Virus record (IMG/VR): IMGVR_UViG_3300044450_000017
DNA from: a virus
Length of the DNA stretch: 33,174 bases
Reading direction: 5' to 3' (one strand)
Positions 1-6,448 of this stretch are shown here, piece by piece (within the stretch, counting starts at the first letter, position 1; every line of letters starts with the position of its first letter). The translations under genes and the position numbers were made by a program. The notes beneath the pieces are model-generated. The model was given only the letters and a program-made list of their open reading frames with translations, did no database searches and was not told the origin of the DNA.

Positions 1-127
1 GTACTGGTGTAGGCGCTACCGGTACTGGAGTTGGAGCCGTTGGCACAGGAGTAGGCGCAACCGGTACAGGCGTTGGTGCAACAGGCACCGGTACAGGCGT
101 TGGTGCAACAGGCACCGGTACAGGCGT
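1..127. repeat. Terminal direct repeat identical to 33048..33174. This is an assembly overlap indicating a circular or circularly permuted genome with a unique length of 33047 bp.
   Basis: Base-by-base comparison of the two window ends gives an exact 127/127 match. The interrupted ORF stays in frame across the join. Confidence 0.95.
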
Positions 128-442
128 AGGTGCAACCGGTACTGGAACTGGAGTAGGTGCTACTGGTACTGGTACTGGTGTAGGCGCTACCGGAACCGGC
201 GTTGGCGCTACTGGTACAGGTGTAGGCGCGGTTGGCACAGGTGTAGGTGCTACAGGTACAGGTACAGGTACAGGAACTGGCACAGGATTTGGCGTTGGCG
301 TAGGTGCAGGTACCGGAGTTGGCGCCGTTGGTACTGGAGCAGGTACAGGTGTTGGCGTAGGTGTTGTAGGTACTGGGCTAGGTATAGGCGCCGGTACTGG
401 TGTTGGCGTTGGTGCTACCGGCACTGGTGTAGGTGCGACTGG
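1..442 (-). repeat. GC-rich degenerate tandem repeats encoding Pro/Thr/Val/Ala linker 1 of the tail-tip protein. The linker is about 149 aa when joined to 33043..33047.
   Basis: Minus-strand codons read ...[20 protein letters not shown]...[16 protein letters not shown].... The 27-nt unit cgttggtgcaacaggcaccggtacagg is exactly tandem at 71..97 and 98..124. The region is much more GC-rich than its surroundings. Confidence 0.9.
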
Positions 443-2800
443 GCAACCAACTCCTACTGAACCTGTGTAGGTTATAGAATTTAAGTCCGCGCCAGTAGTC
501 CAATCATTTAAATCGCCTACATTGTAAGCATAAAAACTTTGACCATTCCAGCTTATAGAACTAGCCGTGCTAGGGTTACCGCTTGTATTTGGTAATACGC
601 TTGTTGTTCTAATCCACATATCCAGGTTCTCATAAAAAGTATCTGGGCAACCTCTAACTATGTAATAATTGTATGTATCTACAACGGTTGGGTATGAAAT
701 TTGACTACTATTAAATAATGTATCAACGTCCGTTGATTGGTCGCCAATGTGAGAATTAAAACTATATATGTTTTGTTTTACATTATATTCTAATGTATCA
801 ATAACTAATAGTTTGCTTTCTGTAAAAGTATTAAAGTCAATATACAACCTATCGAAAAGTTGTATTGGAAATTGAGAATCTACTTTCTTTAAACTACCCT
901 CATAACGTTGCATTTTAAGCCTGTTATCGTTTATGCGTTGTTGAGCAGTTAAATCTTCAATAAATCTAGGAAATGTATCGCCGTTTCTTAAAAATTTAGT
1001 TATATAACCTTTAAACTGTGAATCAATAGGCGCCATATAGCCCTTTTGAAAACGGTTAAATGTGCTACCCTGGTAAATATCTTTATATTCTAATTTATTA
1101 GTTAGCTTTTTACTTGTTGTTTGTGAGTTGCTAGTTTGTAAATTTTCTGTATTAAAAGACAATGTTTCGATTTCAGAATCTGGCGCATCTAAATAAAATA
1201 ATGTTTCCCAATTCATTTGCACCCCACTAATAAACATAGCAACGTGCGTGCCTCCAGCTTGTATTATAGGCTTACTAAATTCAAATTTAATATCATACGG
1301 TAAATAATTTTCGCTTACACTGGGGCAGTTGTAAGTAATTTGTTTGTTATAAGTAAGCCATTCGCCGCGTCCGCTATAAATATAAAAGTTTACAAAAGAC
1401 GAATTTACCCAAAGGTTGTCTGTTTGATTATAATAAAACGTTTGGTAATTTCCTGTGTATGCTCCATTTAAGTATTCCCTAAATCTTACGGTAATTCTAA
1501 ACGGTATAGCATACTTTGCTATTGTGCCTTGAAAACCACCGTTTTGCATTTGCGTTTCAAAACTAAAATTAAATTTAGTCGTATCTTCTTCGCTGCTTTG
1601 CGCTTTAATTAAAAAAGTGTTAGAAAGTACAAACTCAAAACTTGTAACCGTACCTGTTATTTTTGCAGACTTATAGCCTTTTATTGCATTGGTTTCTAAA
1701 CTTACAAAATTACTATCGTATTCCCAATCTGTAAAATCGTCCTCAAAATTACCGTTAGGAATATAATTAAGTTGCTTATCTAAACTGACTGTATTTAAAA
1801 CTTCAATGACACCACCGCTAGTTTCTTTTAAAAGGTCATCGCCAATAGGCAAAGCATCGTTTGGTATGAATACAATTTGACCTAGTACATTGTTGCCCGC
1901 TAAAATACCTAAATAATTATAGCGTTTGTATAATATAGACGCAGGGTCTGTAATGTCGGCATTATTAATTATAACCCAACTAGCTTGCGCTTGAAATATA
2001 CGGCAGTTAAAACCTGTTAAAATTGAAGTTAAAACCTGCGACGTATTAAATTTATAAGTGTTTTGGTCGCTATAACTGCTACTATTTATAATAACGTCCT
2101 CAAATACATTAGTTATTGCAGCAGCGTTTTCTTCTTTTATGTTTGTTTTTACATAAATATCTGCTTCAAAACCTGTTTCATTTAAAGACTTGTGTAAACA
2201 TTCCCAAAGCGTAACCTCGTTATTAGGCGCAATAGGGAACTCAATTCCCTTTAGTAACCCTAAACCATCTACTGCCTTAAAAGATACGTTAAAAGGCGCC
2301 GCAGATAACCTCTGCTGGTATGTGTCCTGTATTAAAAAACCTTGCCAAAATATTTTATAATTTTCTATAATGTTACCGCCTTCCCAAACGCCACTATTAG
2401 CGTCCCAAACAATATTTGTATTTTGCCATTCGTCGGCAGGGTTGTAACCTTGGCCTAATAAATTCCAAGTTTGACTTGCAGCCTCCCAATTTTCGCTTTG
2501 GTCTTCCCAATATGGAACTCGTGTTTCTGAATAATACAACTTAACTAAAAACTCGCGTTCGTCAAAATCGTAAAATTCGTCGTAGGTAACAGAATCAGTT
2601 TGTATTAAATTAATCTCGCAGTTGGAAGCTATAATAGGGTCGTAAAAATCATTGTCTTGTTCCCATTTTATAGAAATAGGCGAACCAGTACCTATTAAAG
2701 GGTAAATAAAACCGTTATAGTTTTTTTGTAAAATATCCAAACGCCTTTTATTCCCTTCCGTATCGGAAAAATCCAAACGGTATTTCGTTCCGTATGCCAT
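1..2800 (-). CDS. Large tail-tip / receptor-binding protein, N-terminal 933 codons. The ORF runs off the window start and continues in frame at 33047..32344, giving 1167 aa in total.
   Basis: The ATG at 2798-2800 lies 3 nt after the tape-measure stop. I checked every codon of this frame from 2800 down to 1 and found no tta/cta/tca. After removing the 127-nt overlap the frame equals that of ORF 32344..33162. It is absent from the ORF track because it has no in-window stop. The N-terminus [30 protein letters not shown] is typical of tail proteins encoded just after a tape measure. Confidence 0.85.
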   Translation of the reverse strand, partial: MAYGTKYRLDFSDTEGNKRRLDILQKNYNGFIYPLIGTGSPISIKWEQDNDFYDPIIASNCEINLIQTDSVTYDEFYDFDEREFLVKLYYSETRVPYWEDQSENWEAASQTWNLLGQGYNPADEWQNTNIVWDANSGVWEGGNIIENYKIFWQGFLIQDTYQQRLSAAPFNVSFKAVDGLGLLKGIEFPIAPNNEVTLWECLHKSLNETGFEADIYVKTNIKEENAAAITNVFEDVIINSSSYSDQNTYKFNTSQVLTSILTGFNCRIFQAQASWVIINNADITDPASILYKRYNYLGILAGNNVLGQIVFIPNDALPIGDDLLKETSGGVIEVLNTVSLDKQLNYIPNGNFEDDFTDWEYDSNFVSLETNAIKGYKSAKITGTVTSFEFVLSNTFLIKAQSSEEDTTKFNFSFETQMQNGGFQGTIAKYAIPFRITVRFREYLNGAYTGNYQTFYYNQTDNLWVNSSFVNFYIYSGRGEWLTYNKQITYNCPSVSENYLPYDIKFEFSKPIIQAGGTHVAMFISGVQMNWETLFYLDAPDSEIETLSFNTENLQTSNSQTTSKKLTNKLEYKDIYQGSTFNRFQKGYMAPIDSQFKGYITKFLRNGDTFPRFIEDLTAQQRINDNRLKMQRYEGSLKKVDSQFPIQLFDRLYIDFNTFTESKLLVIDTLEYNVKQNIYSFNSHIGDQSTDVDTLFNSSQISYPTVVDTYNYYIVRGCPDTFYENLDMWIRTTSVLPNTSGNPSTASSISWNGQSFYAYNVGDLNDWTTGADLNSITYTGSVGVGCPVAPTPVPVAPTPTPVPAPIPSPVPTTPTPTPVPAPVPTAPTPVPAPTPTPNPVPVPVPVPVPVAPTPVPTAPTPVPVAPTPVPVAPTPVPVPVAPTPVPVPVAPTPVPVPVAPTPVPVPVAPTPVPVAPTPVPTAPTPVPVAPTPV

Positions 2801-2803
2801 AAC

Positions 2804-5086
2804 TTATTTTATTCTTGACCTTGTTTTGTCTGCTCTTTGCAATGCAACTACTAAATCTTGCCCTCTTACTACAAATTCTCCGCTTACGTTTACATTACCG
2901 CTTGCGCCTTGGTCGCCTATTATGTTTTTAAGTTTATTAAGTGGCGCTATAACCTCTGGATTGCTTTTTGCACCAGGATATTCGCCTACTAAACCCATTG
3001 TAGGGCCGCTAACAATACCACCATTAGCAAAGGCTGCAAAACCACCGCTTTGTACTTTTGTTGCTAAACCAGTTAATACAGTACCTAATACTATTGCCGC
3101 AACTCCAGCGGCAGCGCCTATTCCTGGTATTGCAAATGTTTTTGCTAAAGCAGAAGCTGCAACCGCAGCCTCTCCCATTTGTTTTAACAACCCACCTAAA
3201 GCGCCTAATATTGCTCCGGATAAAGCACCCATTAAATTTTTACCGTCCACTATTGCGGTAGCTAATGCCTGGCCCATTGTTGTCGCTATTGAGCCAAAAT
3301 TAACTTCAAAAGCCATTTTTAAATTATCTGTGCTTTTTGCTATCTCGTTAAATGTTTCAGCTACTGGTTGCGCTATTGGTAATTGCGCTATGCCTAACAT
3401 TTCTGTTTTTAATTTAGCTACTTTAGGCGTTAAATCTTGTATTGCTTTTGTCGTTTCTTTTATAGCAGGTTTTTGATTTGGCGCTAATAAAGACAAGCCT
3501 TGTTGTTGAAAGTTTGATGCGCCGCCTGGTAATTGTGGGCCAGTAGGTGCTACTCCAGGCATTGCACTTGCACCACGTTTAGCATTTTTTAAAGACTGTG
3601 CGCTGGCTTCTGCTACGCCTAAAGATACTGCAACACCGGCAGCACCTCCGCTCATAAAACCACTTAATGCAGCTTTAGCTTGTTCAAATGTAGATAATGA
3701 AGGCGCAATTTTATCAGCAGCAGTAACAAATGCAGCCCCTAAACCTACTATTGCAGTGCCAAACAAAACAACTGGGTTAGCTAGCATTGTTATATTTAAA
3801 CTCTTTACGCCTGTAATAAGTTTACCAATAACGGCGCTACTGGCAACCGTAGAAATAGCGCCAGATAAAACTCCAAATGCCGTTATCATATTTCCAATAA
3901 CAACAAGCGCTGGCCCTAGTACAGTAATTATACCGCCTAAAATTATTATAGCTTTTTTAGCCTCTGGGCTTAAAGATTGAAAGCCTTTAAATAAATTCAT
4001 TAAGGCATTGGCAGCAGATTTTATATAAGGCAAAAATGTACTTAATAATTCGCCACCTAATTCAGTAAAAGCAACCCTTAATTCGTTTAAACTTTTTTGC
4101 AATTTAAAAGACGCGCTTTCAGACGTAGCTTCGAACGCTTTGGCAGTTGCGCCTTGCGTTTTTGTCATATTATCAAAAATCTGCCTAGTAGTTTCTACGT
4201 TAGCACCTAGTAAATCCATTACCCCAGATAAAGCCCTAACATTACCAAACACTCTTTGCGCAGCAGTATCGTTGCCTTCAAAATTCGATTTTAAGACTTC
4301 TAGTGTAGCCAGCAAACCATCTTCTTTTAAAGACCTTCTTAACTCGGCGCTAGATAAACCCATTTCAGATAATGCAGCTTCGGCGTCTGTTGTTGGCTTT
4401 AACAAACTAGCAAATATACCTCTAACTTGCGTTGCGGCTTCGGCAGCGTTTGTACCAGTTCTTGATAGCGCAGCAAATGCAGCACCAACCTCGCCAAAAG
4501 TAACTCCCATATTAGAAGCAATAGGTAAAACCCTTCCCATAGATGCAGCTAATTCGTCAGCCTCTAGCTTACCTTCACGAACCGCAGAAACCATTACGTC
4601 TGTTGCGTCAGTTGCACTTAATACTTGCGAGCCATAAGCGTTCATTGCAGACGTTGCTAAATCAGCTACTATTTTAGTTTCTCCTAAACCTACCGCAGAA
4701 GCCTTTAAAGAAGCGTTTAAAACGTCCATAGCTTCGCTGCCACGTAAACCAGCAGATGTTATAAAGAATAAAGCCTCTGCCGCGTCGTTAGCACTAACGC
4801 CTGTATCTGCTGCCATTTTTTTAGCAGCTTCCCCCATTTTATCAACTTCTGCGCTTGCAACACCTACTAATGATTTTATTTTAGTCATAGACTTGTCAAA
4901 GTCTACGCCCATTTTTATAGCAGCGCCCCCAGCTAAAGCAAGTGGCAATGATAATTTTGAAAGGCTTGTGCCTACGCCAGTTACTTTTTTACCAAAAGAT
5001 TTTAGTTTGCTGCTCGCGGTATTTAATGAAGCGCTTAACCTAGAAGCGTCCCCAGTTAGTAATACCTTTAATTCATTAGCTGCCAT
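2804..5086 (-). CDS. Tail tape measure protein (760 aa)
   Basis: It is the longest Ala/Gly-rich ORF and lies directly downstream of the G/GT chaperone pair. It has a TP901-type core motif (ADLATSAMNAYGS), central hydrophobic segments and a C-terminal GGIVSGPTMGLVGEYPG...EVIAPL motif. Confidence 0.9.
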   Translation of the reverse strand: MAANELKVLLTGDASRLSASLNTASSKLKSFGKKVTGVGTSLSKLSLPLALAGGAAIKMGVDFDKSMTKIKSLVGVASAEVDKMGEAAKKMAADTGVSANDAAEALFFITSAGLRGSEAMDVLNASLKASAVGLGETKIVADLATSAMNAYGSQVLSATDATDVMVSAVREGKLEADELAASMGRVLPIASNMGVTFGEVGAAFAALSRTGTNAAEAATQVRGIFASLLKPTTDAEAALSEMGLSSAELRRSLKEDGLLATLEVLKSNFEGNDTAAQRVFGNVRALSGVMDLLGANVETTRQIFDNMTKTQGATAKAFEATSESASFKLQKSLNELRVAFTELGGELLSTFLPYIKSAANALMNLFKGFQSLSPEAKKAIIILGGIITVLGPALVVIGNMITAFGVLSGAISTVASSAVIGKLITGVKSLNITMLANPVVLFGTAIVGLGAAFVTAADKIAPSLSTFEQAKAALSGFMSGGAAGVAVSLGVAEASAQSLKNAKRGASAMPGVAPTGPQLPGGASNFQQQGLSLLAPNQKPAIKETTKAIQDLTPKVAKLKTEMLGIAQLPIAQPVAETFNEIAKSTDNLKMAFEVNFGSIATTMGQALATAIVDGKNLMGALSGAILGALGGLLKQMGEAAVAASALAKTFAIPGIGAAAGVAAIVLGTVLTGLATKVQSGGFAAFANGGIVSGPTMGLVGEYPGAKSNPEVIAPLNKLKNIIGDQGASGNVNVSGEFVVRGQDLVVALQRADKTRSRIK

Positions 5087-5103
5087 ATAAATTTATTTAC
5101 CTA

Positions 5104-5111
5104 CAAAAATA
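5104..5111 (-). promoter_or_regulatory. Canonical Bacteroidota-type -7 box TATTTTTG (TAnnTTTG), 17 nt upstream of the tape-measure ATG
   Basis: The minus strand reads TTATTTTTGTAGGTAAATAAATTTATATG. The 12-mer ctacaaaaataa is shared with the site at 30221..30232. Confidence 0.35.
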
Positions 5112-5114
5112 ACC

Positions 5115-5141
5115 AAAAAAAGGCACTTAATTAAGTACCTT
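5115..5141 (-). terminator. Terminator/attenuator-like hairpin overlapping the GT stop codon, just before the tape-measure gene
   Basis: Minus-strand RNA is AAGGUAC-UUAAUUAA-GUGCCUU (7 bp including one G-U) running into a U7 tract. Confidence 0.4.
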
Positions 5142-5830
5142 ATCAGCTAGCGCCTTAAACGCCTCAAATTGTTCTTTAGTAGACTTAGGGCCACTAGGTT
5201 TATTATAAACGTCCTGGGGCAGTTCAAATAGCTTATTCGGCTTTATTAAGTCTCGTTTTTTACTTACGTTAGTGTTGTAAATCATAGAGGAAACATAACG
5301 CACCATTTCCCATTTTAGGTTAGTGTTTATTAACCAACTTTCGCCTAATAAAGCGTTTTCTTTCCAGGTTTGCTTCCAAAACTCTGCTGGCTTTATACCA
5401 GCTTGTCCTATATAATAGTCGGTTAAATCGTCCCAAGTTAAGGAAGCTGCTACTTTTTTGGCGCTGCCTTTGTTGGTTTTGCAGTTCTGCTTATGCCGCC
5501 GTTTAATTCATTTCCTAAAATACGGCTTTCAGTAAGTGTATTAATCATTTCGTTAAACTGCTCTGTATTTATATCGTCTAACCAGGCGCCAACTTTGTAA
5601 ATATTATAATCTATTTCGTTGCCTTCCTCTTGGTCGTAAGCTAACAAACCAGCATATACAAGCGCCCTAATTGTATTTAGGTTTAAAGAACTTGAAAAAA
5701 CTTTGTCGATTTGGTCTAATGAAATGTTAAGTTCGTCTGTAAAAGCCGCCCAAAAATTCATTGAAAAGTGTAGTGTACGATTTTTCTCGCCAATCATTAA
5801 CGAGTAATAACCTCTTTTTTTGTTTGCCAT
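5127..5830 (-). CDS. Tail assembly chaperone GT-type fusion made by a -1 programmed ribosomal frameshift (about 233 aa)
   Basis: The -1 frame is open for 108 codons from the slippery heptamer to a TAA at 5127-5129. That frame has no usable upstream start codon. The position between the major tail protein and the tape measure is the canonical one. Confidence 0.8.
5450..5830 (-). CDS. Tail assembly chaperone, gpG-like (126 aa)
   Basis: Position between the major tail protein and the tape measure, its size, and a slippery heptamer at its last codons. Confidence 0.8.
   Translation of the reverse strand: MANKKRGYYSLMIGEKNRTLHFSMNFWAAFTDELNISLDQIDKVFSSSLNLNTIRALVYAGLLAYDQEEGNEIDYNIYKVGAWLDDINTEQFNEMINTLTESRILGNELNGGISRTAKPTKAAPKK
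5453..5459 (-). promoter_or_regulatory. -1 frameshift slippery heptamer A_AAA_AAG
   Basis: The minus strand reads GCG CCA AAA AAG TAG. The heptamer is in the X_XXY_YYZ phase of the zero frame, immediately before the stop. Confidence 0.8.
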
Positions 5831-5853
5831 TTTGTTTCTTTTAATTAAACGTG

Positions 5854-5878
5854 AAAAAGGCGGTAAGTTAATACCGCC
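5854..5878 (-). terminator. Rho-independent terminator after the major tail protein gene
   Basis: Minus-strand RNA is GGCGGUA-UUAACU-UACCGCC (7 perfect bp) followed by UUUUU. Confidence 0.65.
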
Positions 5879-5899
5879 ATATATTATAATAACGTTTCC

Positions 5900-6310
5900 C
5901 TATACGTTAGTAGACTTCACTATTGGGCCAGTAATGGTAATTGAACCACTATAAGATACTGGGCTTTCCATTTCAGCAGATTGCTCAATGCTAGAAATAA
6001 AACCTTCTGCGGTATAAATAGAATCGCCGCTTTCAGTTGTTCCAAAAATTGCAGTTATTTGCGTTCTGTTTATAATGTAATCTGCTAATTCGATTGCATT
6101 TGCAGTATCGCTATAATCTACTAAACCTTCAAAAGAAATTTCGCCACTTCTTACGCCAGAAATTACCTCTTGCCACCCTGCGCTATCTTTAGTAGTCGCT
6201 TCTGGTAGGTCGTGTGAAATTGTAAGAGTACACGACGTAGTGTGTCCTACTGTTACGTCCTCTACTTTAAGTAAAAGGTTAGTTCCGTTAAATACTCCTG
6301 TTGTTGCCAT
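5900..6310 (-). CDS. Major tail (tube) protein (136 aa)
   Basis: Size and position upstream of G/GT and the tape measure. The pattern is TP901-1/phi13-like (NGTNLLLKV...GHTTSCTLTISHDLPEATTKDSAGWQE...GEISFEGL). It is flanked by a promoter-like motif and a terminator. Confidence 0.8.
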   Translation of the reverse strand: MATTGVFNGTNLLLKVEDVTVGHTTSCTLTISHDLPEATTKDSAGWQEVISGVRSGEISFEGLVDYSDTANAIELADYIINRTQITAIFGTTESGDSIYTAEGFISSIEQSAEMESPVSYSGSITITGPIVKSTNV

Positions 6311-6336
6311 ATTTATATTTTAAAATGTAATATTAA

Positions 6337-6352
6337 TTTTTTTGTAAAGATA
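6337..6352 (-). promoter_or_regulatory. Recurrent motif TATCTTTACAAAAAAA, 26 nt upstream of the major tail protein ATG
   Basis: One of five near-identical TAYYTTTACAAAAA copies placed just upstream of minus-strand start codons. It resembles the Bacteroidota -7 element TAnnTTTG. Confidence 0.4.
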
Positions 6353-6386
6353 ATATTTTTTTAGTAACTGTTTAATTGTTTTGTAT

Positions 6387-6408
6387 GGGGGCTTTTACAC
6401 CCCCTTTT
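6387..6408. other. G5/C5 hairpin whose T-tract lies on the plus-strand side
   Basis: Plus strand is gggggcttttacaccccc followed by tttt. On the coding (minus) strand the hairpin has an A-tract before it and no U-tract after it. Confidence 0.5.
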
Positions 6409-6448
6409 ATTTAAAATTGACCCAAAAGTTTAGCGAAGCTAAAATTCA

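Noticed and set aside
1-445. Whether the periodic GC-rich repeats are a CRISPR array, or encode a collagen-like (Gly-X-Y) protein.
   Set aside because: There is no repeat-spacer organisation; the units are degenerate and contiguous. The region is one continuous open frame. The translation is PTPVPVA-type with almost no Gly, so it is not collagen-like.
2798-2806. The tape-measure and tail-tip ORFs are in the same frame, separated only by TAA GTT before the ATG. I considered stop-codon read-through producing a fusion.
   Set aside because: There is no read-through context or other supporting evidence. Close spacing of consecutive late genes is common.
2826-5090. Plus-strand ORFs inside the tape-measure gene (216, 67, 74, 165 and 65 aa), and similar plus-strand ORFs throughout the window.
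   Set aside because: All lie antisense within longer, well-supported minus-strand genes. They have low-complexity or Leu/Ile/Phe/Ser-rich translations typical of shadow frames. No promoter or terminator evidence supports plus-strand transcription.
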